Shown: positions 9,165 to 19,787 of the stretch, one piece after another
How positions within the stretch are numbered: position 1 is the first letter of the stretch
Layout of the letters: every line of letters begins with the position of its first letter
Assembly: GCA_963801355.1 (NCBI GenBank)
Contig: CAWDEM010000008.1
Span: 1,728,001-1,792,000 of the forward strand
Length of the DNA: 64,000 nucleotides
From: Ignavibacteriota bacterium
GTDB taxonomy: Bacteria; Bacteroidota; Ignavibacteria; UBA10030; UBA6906
Direction of reading: 5' to 3'
The notes under the pieces: generated by a model
What the model was told of the DNA's origin: nothing
Seen by the model: only the letters and a program-made list of their open reading frames with translations
Database searches by the model: none
Made by a program: the position numbers and the translations under genes

Positions 9165-9838
9165 TGCCGCAGGCTCCTGAGCGCGTCTATATTGATCGAC
9201 TCAAATGTCTTGTTGATGCGGAAGACAAACACACCAAGAATCAGCACCGCGATCAGAATATCAAAGAAAATCCCCACCTCGACGATGAGCGGCATGCCAT
9301 AGGTGATTGACAGGCCTGAGAGAAAGACCCCGTTCTCCATGGTCAGCAACCCGATAATCTGCGTGATGGCTTTCTTTCGCGTGGTCATGATGAACAAACC
9401 AATCAGCATCAACGCGATGGACACGGACAGAACGCGTGAGACAGCGGGGACCCCCGCCTCCTGCACGGCCAGGATCGACTGCGCCACAGAGTCCGCCACG
9501 ATGACCATGCCGCCGCACAGCAGGAGCGATACGGTAATGTTAATGCTGAATCCCACCTCTTTCTGCACCTGTATCCGATCGATCATCTTGGTCAGTACGA
9601 TTGGAATGGCAATGGCTTTGAGGACAATCGTCAGGACCGCAGCAATGAGGATATGCATTTCCCCGTACCCTACCACGACGAGCAACGCCGCGACGCCGAG
9701 AAAGGTCGATTGGAGGGCAAACAACCTGATATAGAATCCGAGGTTGCGACTGGAAACGATCAGGAATGCCGTCACAAGAATCGCCGCAGCACAAATATCG
9801 ATGAGCAAGCCGATGGTTTGAAGATGCGTGGGATTCAC
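9161..9838 (-). CDS. hyfE: Hydrogenase-4 subunit E-like membrane subunit
   Basis: FALQS, LKAIAIP, QIIGLLTMENG, GMPLIVEVGIFFD. GTG start at 9838 just after the hyfC stop. Confidence 0.88.
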   Translation of the reverse strand: MNPTHLQTIGLLIDICAAAILVTAFLIVSSRNLGFYIRLFALQSTFLGVAALLVVVGYGEMHILIAAVLTIVLKAIAIPIVLTKMIDRIQVQKEVGFSINITVSLLLCGGMVIVADSVAQSILAVQEAGVPAVSRVLSVSIALMLIGLFIMTTRKKAITQIIGLLTMENGVFLSGLSITYGMPLIVEVGIFFDILIAVLILGVFVFRINKTFESINIDALRSLRH

Positions 9839-9840
9839 AG

Positions 9841-10797
9841 CTATGCTCCAATGATGAAGTAGAGAATCAACGCGAGCAATGAAAGGATGAATGCCACCAT
9901 GAGGAGTTCGGGCACACGGAACAGACGCAGCTTGGCGTTCATTGATTCGACCACGGCAACGATCACAGCCAGCACGGTGGCTTTCAGGCAGAACGCACCC
10001 ACCCCCATGGCCAGGGCCCATGGCGACCACGTCCCTGCCATGCCGATGGGAAAGAACATGTTGGACAGCAGTGCAAGGAACACGACGAGCTTGATCTGCG
10101 ATGCCCACTCGACAAGCGCCAGGTAACGGCCCGAATATTCAAGGATCATCGCCTCGTGGATCATCGTCAGCTCCAGATGTGTTGCCGGATTGTCAACCGG
10201 GATTCGTCCTGTCTCGGCGATCATGACAATGAACAGACCGGCAAACGCAAGAAGATGGGCGGGATTCATCATCGACAGAGGCGAGGCGGACAGTCGCTCA
10301 ACCACGATGCTGAGATTCGTCGAGCCGGCGGTAACCGATGCGGTAAAAATCGCGAGCATCATCGCCGGTTCGACGATGGACGCAATCGACATTTCGCGAC
10401 TCGACCCGAGTCCGCCGAATGCACTCCCCGTGTCCAGACCCGCAAGGGCGAGGAAGAACCTGCCCAGAGCAAAGAGATAGATTACGGTGATGATGTCCCC
10501 CACCCAATGCAGGGGCACCGGGGTGATAACGGTCGGCACCAGCAATGCGATTACCAGCATAGACCCGAAGACCAGGTACGGCGTCGCATGAAACAGCCAC
10601 GATGCGACAGAGGAGACGACAATCTCCTTCTTGAAAAGTTTGGCGAGGTCGAAATACGGCTGGAGGACACTCGCGCCACGCCTGTTCTGGAACCGTGCCT
10701 TCGTTTTCCTGACGACACCGGTCACCAGCGGGGCGATGGCAAGCACCAGGATCAGGTGCGCAAGTGAAGCCGCTATCGTCGTGAGGATCTCGTTCAT
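9841..10797 (-). CDS. hyfC: Hydrogenase-4 subunit C / HycD (NuoH-like) membrane subunit
   Basis: KARFQNRRG, QPYFDLAKLFKKE, FGGLGSSRE, ETGRIPVDNPATHLELTMIHEAMILEYSG. Confidence 0.93.
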   Translation of the reverse strand: MNEILTTIAASLAHLILVLAIAPLVTGVVRKTKARFQNRRGASVLQPYFDLAKLFKKEIVVSSVASWLFHATPYLVFGSMLVIALLVPTVITPVPLHWVGDIITVIYLFALGRFFLALAGLDTGSAFGGLGSSREMSIASIVEPAMMLAIFTASVTAGSTNLSIVVERLSASPLSMMNPAHLLAFAGLFIVMIAETGRIPVDNPATHLELTMIHEAMILEYSGRYLALVEWASQIKLVVFLALLSNMFFPIGMAGTWSPWALAMGVGAFCLKATVLAVIVAVVESMNAKLRLFRVPELLMVAFILSLLALILYFIIGA

Positions 10798-12878
10798 CGC
10801 GCGAACAGGAGGAGTATCACGAGAGTAATGAAGATATACGCAAGATATGTCTGGATATGCCCGGTTTGAATTCTTCGCATCATACGTGCCGATTTCAGGA
10901 TAACACGACTGACCGGTTCATACAGGTATTTCAGAAACACCGATTCCGTCTTCAGCTCATACCTCATCTGTGGCTGGAAATACGGTGATGAGACCTCGGA
11001 GACTTCTATCTCGTGCGTCGCCCGGTAGATGCTCGAGAAGATCATCCGTATAGGCTTGCTGAAACCTGTGGCAGTATATTGCATCCGGGGTTCAAGTTTT
11101 TCCAGTCCGCACCCCCAGGTCATGGCAATGCGTTTGCGTAGTTTTCCACCGACGACAAATCCTATGCCGATCGGCACAAGCATGATGACCAGCAGCAATC
11201 CGGCGAGCACCGCGGGAGCAATGCTTGTCGATGTGCTCTGGGGAATGATCAGCATTCCTCCGTTGAGCGCAATCTGGCCGGAGATGTTCGCTCCCAGCAG
11301 CGAAGCAGCGAGCGGGTCCAACACCGACACAACCAGTCCAGGCGCCACGCCAAAGACCACGCACAGGATGGAAAGCAGCCCCATTGCGGCAATCATGGAG
11401 GGAGAGGACTCGTGGGCCCTTTCCGCATGTACGGAGCGCGGGAGGCCCAGAAAGGTTATTCCGAAGGCCTTGACAAAACAGGCGGCCGCGAGCGCCCCCG
11501 TCAGTGCAAGAAGGGCCACGGTGAGCGGGACAGCGATCTTGACTGTAAGGTCGGAGATCTGGAATCCAAGCAGGAGCGCCTGAAACGTCAGCCACTCGCT
11601 GACAAAACCGTTCAATGGAGGAAGGGCCGAGATCGCCACGGCGCCGATCAGAAAGAAGAAGGACGTCCATGGCATCTTCTTGACAAGACCTCCCAGGTCT
11701 TCGATATTCCTGGAATGTGTGGCATGGAGGACGGAGCCGGCACCCAAAAAAAGGAGCCCTTTGAATATGGCGTGATTCAAGACGTGGTAGAGGCCCGCGA
11801 TCAGGGCAATTGCGGCGAGCGGCTTGTTCCCCAGGGCCGCAAATAGCAGCGCCGCGCCAACGCCCATGAGAATGATGCCGATATTCTCGATGCTGTGGTA
11901 CGCCAGCAACCGCTTCAGATCATGTTCCATGAGCGCGTAAAGGACACCCAGCACCGACGAGGAAACTGCCACAACGAGGATCAGCACCCCCCACCATGCC
12001 GGAACATCCGGCCCGAGGAAATCGAAAAACACACGCACCATGCCGTAGATGCCGGTCTTGATCATGACGCCGGACATCAACGCCGAGACATTTGATGGTG
12101 CCGCGGGGTGCGCTTCCGGCAGCCAGATGTGAAACGGAATGATCCCGGCCTTGATGCCGAAACCGATTGTGGTGCAAAGGAAGAGGAGTGATCGGACAAG
12201 TGCGGGTATGCGTGACCCGGTATCCTTGAATGCTTCAAAACTGAATGATCCCGTGTACGTTTGGAGCGTCACAAACATCACGAGAAGAAAGGCGGTCCCG
12301 ATATGCGTCATCACTACATAGAGCCAGGCAGCCCGCCGGGCAACAGGCTCCTCGTGCTCATACGAAATCAGGAAATACGTCGTGAGCGACATGACCTCCC
12401 AGGCAAAGAGGAAGACTACCGCATGACCGGCGAGGACGACCCCCACCATCGACAGGAGAAACCCGTTGTACAGAAAAAGAAGTACGCCGACAGCATGTCG
12501 CGGGGACAGTTCTTTCGTATAGCCGAGCGAGTAGACCGACACGGCAACAGCAAGAAGTGAGATGATGCCGAGGAACAAGGCTGAGAGACCGTCTGCATCG
12601 AGTGTGAGCGACCCGAAAAGCAATGTCCGTCCCAGCTCAACGTGCAGGGGTGCGCCGGACAACAAAATTGTAAGCGAGAGGAGACAACCTGCGAGGGAGG
12701 AGAGCAACGCCAGCGTGAATCCGAGATACCGGGCGGCCGTGTTGAGCGCCGCACGGGAATTCGGAAACCGCCGCCCGGCGATAGTCAGCATCACCGGAAG
12801 CAGTGCTCCAAGAGAGTACCCAAGCACAATACACAGGAGAAGAAGCGACTCCAACGAGATCCCTTCAAGCGAATGCAC
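10794..12878 (-). CDS. hyfB: Hydrogenase-4 subunit B-like antiporter subunit
   Basis: WEVMSL, KAGIIPFHIWLPEAHPAAPS, KRLLAYHSIENIG, PPLNGFVSEW, WGCG...MQYT. Confidence 0.94.
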   Translation of the reverse strand: MHSLEGISLESLLLLCIVLGYSLGALLPVMLTIAGRRFPNSRAALNTAARYLGFTLALLSSLAGCLLSLTILLSGAPLHVELGRTLLFGSLTLDADGLSALFLGIISLLAVAVSVYSLGYTKELSPRHAVGVLLFLYNGFLLSMVGVVLAGHAVVFLFAWEVMSLTTYFLISYEHEEPVARRAAWLYVVMTHIGTAFLLVMFVTLQTYTGSFSFEAFKDTGSRIPALVRSLLFLCTTIGFGIKAGIIPFHIWLPEAHPAAPSNVSALMSGVMIKTGIYGMVRVFFDFLGPDVPAWWGVLILVVAVSSSVLGVLYALMEHDLKRLLAYHSIENIGIILMGVGAALLFAALGNKPLAAIALIAGLYHVLNHAIFKGLLFLGAGSVLHATHSRNIEDLGGLVKKMPWTSFFFLIGAVAISALPPLNGFVSEWLTFQALLLGFQISDLTVKIAVPLTVALLALTGALAAACFVKAFGITFLGLPRSVHAERAHESSPSMIAAMGLLSILCVVFGVAPGLVVSVLDPLAASLLGANISGQIALNGGMLIIPQSTSTSIAPAVLAGLLLVIMLVPIGIGFVVGGKLRKRIAMTWGCGLEKLEPRMQYTATGFSKPIRMIFSSIYRATHEIEVSEVSSPYFQPQMRYELKTESVFLKYLYEPVSRVILKSARMMRRIQTGHIQTYLAYIFITLVILLLFAR

Positions 12879-12958
12879 ATCTGCGGTGGAGGAAGATTTG
12901 AAGAATAAATATACGTATCTTCACGATATTACAAAAACGAACAGTTCCCTTCCTCCGT

Positions 12959-14098
12959 TCAGTCCTTCGGCTTCGCAACAACATCAATTGCCACGACAAC
13001 CCTCAGTGCCTTCCCCGGCGCGGTGAACAGGTTCTTTACCTCGTACGTAGCAGTCACGGGTCTCGCAAGCGTGAGAGAATTGCTCTGCGCGTGAACCATG
13101 AAGAGTGCCGTCCTCCCCGCAGAGAGCTCGATTTCAGGCGGGAACCATATACTCGAATCAGATTGTACCAGCACAAGGGTATATGGAAGATCTGAATGAT
13201 TGGTCACCCGCGACATCCCCGGTCCCTTCCCGGTCAGAGTAAAACTCTTGGTGCTGAAGGAGATCGATTTCTCGAATATTTCCTTCAACCACCGTTCTTC
13301 ACCGAACAACTCCTTCCCTCTCATTACAGCAGTCCGCCGCTCAAGAATGGCCTCCTTGATGGATTCCGCACTGCGCTCCCGCGCAAAGACCAGGGTGATC
13401 GGACGGAGCCGCTCTGGTTCCGTTCCGAACTCGAAGTCAATCGGCGCATGGCTGTCTGAATTCCCCAGCAGCGCGACGTTCTTCTCCAGACACCAGGCGA
13501 ACACGTCCGGGTAGTACTCAATGTGATTCGCGATTTCTATCCCTTTGAGGATGCCGCTCGAGAGAAGGTACGTGTGTTCGTCGTACCACCGGGAGATATG
13601 ATCGGGCTGCTGACCTCCCCATCCCGGATGATTCCAGAAAATAAGCGCCCCTTGTTTTGTGGCTTCATCCACGGCGTCTTTCCATGTCTCCTTCACCAGG
13701 GCATTGGCATCCTGTACAAAGATGGCATTCAGGTGTCCGGGAGGCATGGAGCGCGTGATTTCAGCCCCGGGTATGAGAATGAGCCCGGCAGTCGCGGCGT
13801 CCTTTTGCGCAAGTTTGAATGGAGCATTCCTGTCTTTTGAAACGTATTCCGACTTCGGCTGATATTCCAGATGGTCTGTCAGTGCGATTGCATCGAGTCC
13901 TCCGAGGACTGCCTCCTTCACGCGAAACGTGGGCCACACGTCGCCATCCGAGAAGACCGTATGCATATGGAAGTCGCACTTCAGCGTACGGTACCCCGCG
14001 ACATCCGGGATGTCTATTGTATTAATATAGGTCGTTTGTGGAAACGCAGCTGCAGAAAGGAGAAGTACGGCGGCGATGAGTACATGTCCCCGTGTCAT
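12959..14098 (-). CDS. Secreted PHP-domain phosphoesterase
   Basis: Signal peptide, then CDFHMHTVFSDG, TDHLEY, GAEITR, GHLN, WNHP, GNSDSH. ATG 14098 follows GGAGG. Confidence 0.88.
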   Translation of the reverse strand: MTRGHVLIAAVLLLSAAAFPQTTYINTIDIPDVAGYRTLKCDFHMHTVFSDGDVWPTFRVKEAVLGGLDAIALTDHLEYQPKSEYVSKDRNAPFKLAQKDAATAGLILIPGAEITRSMPPGHLNAIFVQDANALVKETWKDAVDEATKQGALIFWNHPGWGGQQPDHISRWYDEHTYLLSSGILKGIEIANHIEYYPDVFAWCLEKNVALLGNSDSHAPIDFEFGTEPERLRPITLVFARERSAESIKEAILERRTAVMRGKELFGEERWLKEIFEKSISFSTKSFTLTGKGPGMSRVTNHSDLPYTLVLVQSDSSIWFPPEIELSAGRTALFMVHAQSNSLTLARPVTATYEVKNLFTAPGKALRVVVAIDVVAKPKD

Positions 14099-14178
14099 CG
14101 ATTTCCTCCATAGTGCGGTGAAGAAGAACGGCGGGCTTACGTACACTTCAGGATCTGACTCCTGCATCACCCAGCATC

Positions 14179-14207
14179 AAAAAAAAGCCGGCACGCATCA
14201 TGCCGGC
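14179..14207 (-). terminator. Rho-independent terminator after the OmpA-family gene
   Basis: Minus strand GCCGGCA-7nt-TGCCGGC followed by T8. Confidence 0.85.
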
Positions 14208-14233
14208 ATTCCATCCACACACAGAGAGAATCC

Positions 14234-14908
14234 CTACTTGATCAATCCCTTCTCGGCAGCATCTTTCAGTTCGTCGTTCGCGTAGATCGCGATCTCAACG
14301 CGGCGATTCTGATTGCGACCTTCGACTGTGCTGTTATCGGCAATCGGTTGCTTCTCGCCGTAGCCAACCGCCTTGAAACGCCCTGCATCCACTCCAACAC
14401 CCGTGGCGTATCCGGAAACGGATGCGGCCCGCTTCTCGGAGAGCGTCTGGTTATATTCATCCGTCCCGGTGGCGTCGGTGTGGCCTTCCACAAGAACTTC
14501 AGTGTCTTTGTACTTGTTCAGAATCTTGGAGAGGTTTCCGATATTTGTCTTGGCTTTGTCGGTGAGATTTGAGGAATTCACGGCGAACAGGATACCAGAA
14601 TCGAATGTGATCTTGATCCCTTCCCCGATGCGTTCCACTTTCGCACCTTGAATATCCTTCTCAATTTCCTCTGCCTGCTGGTCCATATAGTTGCCGATCA
14701 GCGCACCGGCCGTCCCGCCGATTGCCGCGCCGATGATGGCTCCGACTGCGGTGTTCCCCGCTGCATTACCGACGAGGCCGCCGATGACGCCGCCTGCGGC
14801 TGCACCAATGGCACCTCCCTGGACCGCACTGCTTGTGCCGCAACCTGCACCCACAAGCGAAAGTGAAATTAAGAGCGCGAGCCCGGCCTTCATCCATGTC
14901 GTATTCAT
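14234..14908 (-). CDS. OmpA family lipoprotein with glycine zipper
   Basis: Lipobox GAGC, GAIGAAAGGVIGG zipper, EGHTD, LSEKRA, QNRRVEI. Confidence 0.95.
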   Translation of the reverse strand: MNTTWMKAGLALLISLSLVGAGCGTSSAVQGGAIGAAAGGVIGGLVGNAAGNTAVGAIIGAAIGGTAGALIGNYMDQQAEEIEKDIQGAKVERIGEGIKITFDSGILFAVNSSNLTDKAKTNIGNLSKILNKYKDTEVLVEGHTDATGTDEYNQTLSEKRAASVSGYATGVGVDAGRFKAVGYGEKQPIADNSTVEGRNQNRRVEIAIYANDELKDAAEKGLIK

Positions 14909-14976
14909 GTATGTCCTCCTCTAAGATGGTTCACTCACTTCGCCACATTACTCCGGACAGCTTGAATCGTTGAGAC

Positions 14977-15005
14977 AAGATACCGACTTTCCATCAATAC
15001 CACAA
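14977..15005 (-). promoter_or_regulatory. Possible sigma70 promoter of the OmpA-family gene
   Basis: Minus strand TTGTGG-N17-TATCTT, immediately after a C10 tract. Confidence 0.4.
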
Positions 15006-15058
15006 GGGGGGGGGGAAGTGAGTGGCAGCATCCCGCATCCATCACACCGGACAATCTC

Positions 15059-17164
15059 TCATCCTCCCAGATTCATCAGGAAGATGTAGAGCAAGATGAC
15101 AACCACGACCATCACCCAACACCCAATGAAGCCCCAGATGTCGGCTTTCGTGGGCTTCCAGAACTCCCAGTCCGTATTGGGAAACAACTTGCGTTGCTCC
15201 ACGATCTCGGGATGATCGATTGCCTCCCGCACCAGCCTGGCGTCCTCCACAGGGTCGGCGACGGTCGGGGTATGTACCGAGCCATAGAACTCACGAAGGA
15301 CTTTTTCAGAGTTCCGTCTGGTGACGAGACTTATTGCGAAGATCAGTATGAAGGGAAACACAATATCGAAGATGAGCGAGACCGTGGAAAGCTGGGGCTT
15401 GTTCATGGTCTCTACGGGGACTCCGAGCAGAGAACAGTAGTAGATCTGATTTCTGAAGGATCCTTTGCCGATCATCCGCGATGAGGGGTTTGTTTCGTCC
15501 TCCCGCACAACTTCGTCAAAATACACCGCCACCGGCGGCTGGACTACCCGTTTCTGAATCATCTGCCCCACCGAGTCAGCTTTGCCCAGGGCAACGTCTT
15601 CCTGAACGGCTCCCGTAGTGATCAAAAAGACCCGCTCGGGCGACTGCACTGTCAGGTCAGGATTGGCGCGTATGAAATCAAACATGGGCCCGACGGCAGG
15701 AATCACAGCAGTGGTCATGATCGACACCACCATCTGGATAACCACCGCCCGTGTTGTCAGTCTCCGCCAGAAATAGACCAGCCAGAGTCCCGGACCGATG
15801 ATCGTCCCGACCGAAATGACATTCTTGAGCAGCACGAAGATGTCATCCAGCCGCTGTGCAAAGAGTATCGAGCAGACAAGTACGATGACAATGACAAACC
15901 GCCCTGTGTTGACCTGTGTCCGCTCGGTCGATTTCGGCCGGAGAGGAAGAAGGATATTCTGCGTGAATGCCGCAGACCACTCGAGTGCAGCGGCTCCCTT
16001 GCTCGACATATTGCCCGCCATGATAGCGGCAATCATCAATCCCACAAAACCGGGCCCCAGGAGCTCCTTCGTCAGGACGCCCCAAATCATTGTGGGATCC
16101 GCGAGCTGTCCACCGAACAGGCCGACAGCGATGAGTCCGGTAAATGCCCAACCGATCATTACGAATCGTTTGGCAAAGGATCCAGTCACAAGCCCCACCC
16201 GGGCTGTCATGTCGTCTTTCGGTGCGCCGCCACTGGTGAAATTCTTCGGCGCGAAGCCGACCAGGTTTGCGGTGGCAAATGCGGCCACGAAATACCACGT
16301 GTACTCGCTGACCGAGGCGGAGCCGAAGAGATCGAACATGTAATCAGGTACCTGTGCATGCAAACCCGTCAGTCCCCCGAGCTTTATCAGACCGAGCGGA
16401 ATCATCGCAAACGAGAGGAACAAAATGAGGATCCCTTGTATAACATCGGTGAAGGCTACGGCGAAGAGTCCTCCCAGAATCGTGTAGGCACCTACGATCG
16501 CGGCATAGCTGAGGTAGAACCAATCGATGTGAAGGTAGGAGACGAACGACTGGAGCTCGTGACGCTTGTCTTTCTCCTGGAGGATACTGAGCTCCACTTT
16601 TTCCTCCGGGTTGAGCGGTACGGAGGCCTGCTGCTTTTGCAGCACCTGGTAGCGGTCGAAGTCGCGGATCGATTGCGCCTCCTCCTGGGTGTATTCCGTC
16701 GCCGGCTTTACCATCATGGCCTGCAGGGTCTTCCCGGTGATCACCAGGGCAAACGCTCCTCCGTACATGGCAACGAGGAGGGTATAGACCGCGAACAGCA
16801 TGCCGAGGTTCTTACTCTCAAACCGGTGCAGATACATATCGCCGGGACCTACGTACCGGGTGCGCTTCTGCAACACGGAGATGAACCAGTAGAACGGCGT
16901 AATGAACAGCGTGAGATTCTGGAACCAGAGTCCTGAGAGACCCTGGCGGTAGATCTCGCGGGTGACGCCTGCGGCTTGATCCGAGCTCGTGATCGAGCCG
17001 AAGCTCAGGAACGTCGAGAGGACCTTGCCGAAGCTGCGCCCCCCCTGATAGAAAGCGCGAGTGTTTACGATTTTCTTGCGTGCCCAGATGCCAATAAGAA
17101 CCATAAGGAGCAGGTAGAGGCCGATAACCAGCCAGTCGAGGTAATGGAGGCCGAAAATGGACAT
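15059..17164 (-). CDS. Sodium:solute symporter family transporter
   Basis: LDWLVIGLY start, FYQGGRSFG, IYRQGLSGLW, YTILGGLFAVAFTDVIQG, many TM helices. Confidence 0.9.
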   Translation of the reverse strand: MSIFGLHYLDWLVIGLYLLLMVLIGIWARKKIVNTRAFYQGGRSFGKVLSTFLSFGSITSSDQAAGVTREIYRQGLSGLWFQNLTLFITPFYWFISVLQKRTRYVGPGDMYLHRFESKNLGMLFAVYTLLVAMYGGAFALVITGKTLQAMMVKPATEYTQEEAQSIRDFDRYQVLQKQQASVPLNPEEKVELSILQEKDKRHELQSFVSYLHIDWFYLSYAAIVGAYTILGGLFAVAFTDVIQGILILFLSFAMIPLGLIKLGGLTGLHAQVPDYMFDLFGSASVSEYTWYFVAAFATANLVGFAPKNFTSGGAPKDDMTARVGLVTGSFAKRFVMIGWAFTGLIAVGLFGGQLADPTMIWGVLTKELLGPGFVGLMIAAIMAGNMSSKGAAALEWSAAFTQNILLPLRPKSTERTQVNTGRFVIVIVLVCSILFAQRLDDIFVLLKNVISVGTIIGPGLWLVYFWRRLTTRAVVIQMVVSIMTTAVIPAVGPMFDFIRANPDLTVQSPERVFLITTGAVQEDVALGKADSVGQMIQKRVVQPPVAVYFDEVVREDETNPSSRMIGKGSFRNQIYYCSLLGVPVETMNKPQLSTVSLIFDIVFPFILIFAISLVTRRNSEKVLREFYGSVHTPTVADPVEDARLVREAIDHPEIVEQRKLFPNTDWEFWKPTKADIWGFIGCWVMVVVVILLYIFLMNLGG

Positions 17165-17269
17165 GTATGATCACACCAGGAAGTTGCTGTTGTCACCCCA
17201 TCGCTAGAACCAATGGGGTTATGCGTCTGCTATCAACTATCTAAGACGGGAATGCTGTATGCCGACGGG

Positions 17270-19732
17270 TCACTTGTGACCCCCGGCATCCTCCGAGCCC
17301 AGGACGAGGTACGCGCCTTTGATTGCTTGTGTTCGCGCTTCGATGGTGGAAACACCGGCCGGCAAGGGCTGAAACACAATCCGCGCGACCCCCGAGGAGA
17401 ATTCAATAACACGGCTGCCTGTCGGCGTTCCAAGGTCTGCCAGCAAATGCCCGCGTCCCTCGGAAGTAAAGTAGACCCGGTCACGGGCGGAGAGGCAGAG
17501 CCGACCCTGTTTGTCGACCGCCTTCACTGTCACCAGGATGTTCCCGCCGGGGAGAGGCTCGCCAGAAAGCAGAAGCGCATTGGGCGATCCATGCCGTTGG
17601 TGAGTGTATCGAACGATGAGAGAGTCTTTGACTATTCCACCGGAACCGTCGGCGCCGGCAGCCTCTATCCGGTTTTCCCCTTCCGCAAATTGTACATCCC
17701 AGACTTGCCCTGAGGCCGGAAATACGCCTGGCATGCGGACTCTCTTGCCCTGACTCTTCCCGTTTACCGTGAGCAGGACCGTATCACAATTGCTATAGAC
17801 GCGCACCTGCCGGGATACCCCCCCGGGTCCTGCACGTTCAGTCCATGTGTGCGACAAAATGTAGCAGAAGCGGGGTGATTGTGTCCACCGGCTCTTGAAA
17901 ACATAGAACGCATCCTTGGGATTTCCTGCGCGGTCCATCACGCCTTTCTGGTTCACATAGGGGATCGGGTTCTCGGGCCGCAGGGGCGTCGCAAAGTCTT
18001 TGAAGAGCCACTGGGCGTTTCCGGCGAACCACGGAAGCCTCTCGCTGACGCACAGGTGCCAGTCCAGAAGATCCACCATGTAGCTCTCACTCCAGTCCCC
18101 GGTGTTGGCAATCTTGATTTCCCGTTTCCGGACAAAGGTGGAGTCCCAACCATCCGTCGTCGTATATCCGTTGCCATCAATGGGATTTTCGACGTGGCGC
18201 CCCACATGGCTGTCACCACCGTATTCCATATGGAGCAGCCTTGGGTAGAGTTTGCGCGCTTCCTCAATTGCACTTTCGTAGTTGGCGTAGACTGAACTGT
18301 ACCACCCCATCCAGATCGAAGGCGAGAACACATCAGGAATGCTTGCCCCCTCGGGGAACCTTCGCATGGCTGTAACTCTTTCCGGATCCAGCGTATGTGC
18401 GATGCCGTTCAACTCGCGGAGGAAGGCCCGTATCGAATCCACATTACCCCTTGTCGGAGACTCCGCATCGGATTCCACTTCATTCCCAATTGACCAGAGG
18501 ATGATGCTCGGGTGATTGAAATTCTGCAGGATCATCTCCCGCAACATTCCGCGTGCATTCTCTTTCCATTGTGCGCCCCCCACCCCTCCCCGGCACCAGG
18601 GAAGCTCATCCCATACGAGCAATCCCAGCTGATCGCAGAGCCGGTAGACTTCAGGGTCCTGCGGATAGTGGCCAAGGCGGACGAAGTTCGCCCCCATTTC
18701 CTTGATTCCACGGAAGTCTTGGCGCGTGATGCTGTCGGGCACCGCACCACCAAACCCAGCGTGGTCCTCATGCCGCTGTGTCCCCCGAATCAGAAGGCGC
18801 TGCCCATTGAGATAGAACGGTCCCCCTTCCTTGAATTCGAACCAGCGGTAGCCGAATGTTTCCCTCGCGACATCCATCACCTTGTCGCCGTCGCCGATGG
18901 AGACCTCGAGTGCATAGAGTTCGGGTGAATCAGGTGACCAGAGCCGGGGAGATGGAACTGCAGGGAGTGCGAGTGCATGATGCGACTGCCCGGCCGGCAC
19001 ATCGACGCGTCGATACAACGTTGCGACGGCATGACCTCCGTTCCCGCGAATAGTCGCCCTGACATCGAGGCTCAACGGTCGACCGGTAGCATTCGCGATC
19101 TGGAAATCGACGCGCGTATCGGCGCTCACGCTGTCGACCCGGGGGGTGTGAATCCGGACGTTCTCGACGGAGATCTTGGGCCGGTATTTCAGCCACACAT
19201 CGCGAGTGATACCACCACAGAGTACGAAATCGGAGAGTTGCGACGGGAGCAAGTCCTCGTCCATCACATTATCCGCGTAAACCACTATCTGGTTCTCCGC
19301 TCCAAACACGACAAAAGGCGTTATGTCGACATCAAAACCGACGTACCCGCCGACGTGGCCACCCGCTTGCTTCCCATTGACGTGCACATCAGCCTTCATG
19401 TTGACCGCTTCAAACGTCAGGATCACTTTCATCCCGGATCGCGAATCGGGGACAAACAGTTTTCTCGTATACATCCCTATGCCGCGTCTGTATCCCGGGA
19501 CCATGTCCACTGCGTCGAATGCATTCCATGTGTGGGGAAGAGTTACCGGCACCCCGGTCCCCATTTTCTCATCTAAGAGGAGGTATTCGGTGGTCGGGAC
19601 ATCGAGATATTTCCAGCCGTCATTGAGCAGAATCGTCGAGGAATCTCGACGGCCGGCAGGCTCCGCAGGTGCCTGGTGAATGACGAGGCCGAGCAACAAC
19701 ACCTGAGCCAGGGAACGGGCAGAGTAGTTCAC
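17270..19732 (-). CDS. Glycoside hydrolase family 2 (beta-galactosidase-like), secreted
   Basis: LPHTWN, FEAVN, GGITRDV, FYLNG, RHED, NFVRLGHYPQ, NHPSIILWSIGNE, MEYGGD. Confidence 0.94.
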   Translation of the reverse strand: MNYSARSLAQVLLLGLVIHQAPAEPAGRRDSSTILLNDGWKYLDVPTTEYLLLDEKMGTGVPVTLPHTWNAFDAVDMVPGYRRGIGMYTRKLFVPDSRSGMKVILTFEAVNMKADVHVNGKQAGGHVGGYVGFDVDITPFVVFGAENQIVVYADNVMDEDLLPSQLSDFVLCGGITRDVWLKYRPKISVENVRIHTPRVDSVSADTRVDFQIANATGRPLSLDVRATIRGNGGHAVATLYRRVDVPAGQSHHALALPAVPSPRLWSPDSPELYALEVSIGDGDKVMDVARETFGYRWFEFKEGGPFYLNGQRLLIRGTQRHEDHAGFGGAVPDSITRQDFRGIKEMGANFVRLGHYPQDPEVYRLCDQLGLLVWDELPWCRGGVGGAQWKENARGMLREMILQNFNHPSIILWSIGNEVESDAESPTRGNVDSIRAFLRELNGIAHTLDPERVTAMRRFPEGASIPDVFSPSIWMGWYSSVYANYESAIEEARKLYPRLLHMEYGGDSHVGRHVENPIDGNGYTTTDGWDSTFVRKREIKIANTGDWSESYMVDLLDWHLCVSERLPWFAGNAQWLFKDFATPLRPENPIPYVNQKGVMDRAGNPKDAFYVFKSRWTQSPRFCYILSHTWTERAGPGGVSRQVRVYSNCDTVLLTVNGKSQGKRVRMPGVFPASGQVWDVQFAEGENRIEAAGADGSGGIVKDSLIVRYTHQRHGSPNALLLSGEPLPGGNILVTVKAVDKQGRLCLSARDRVYFTSEGRGHLLADLGTPTGSRVIEFSSGVARIVFQPLPAGVSTIEARTQAIKGAYLVLGSEDAGGHK

Positions 19733-19787
19733 ATCGCTCCGTGCAGGGGCAATTGGCGGGAATGGAGCAATCGGGATTCCAGGTGGT

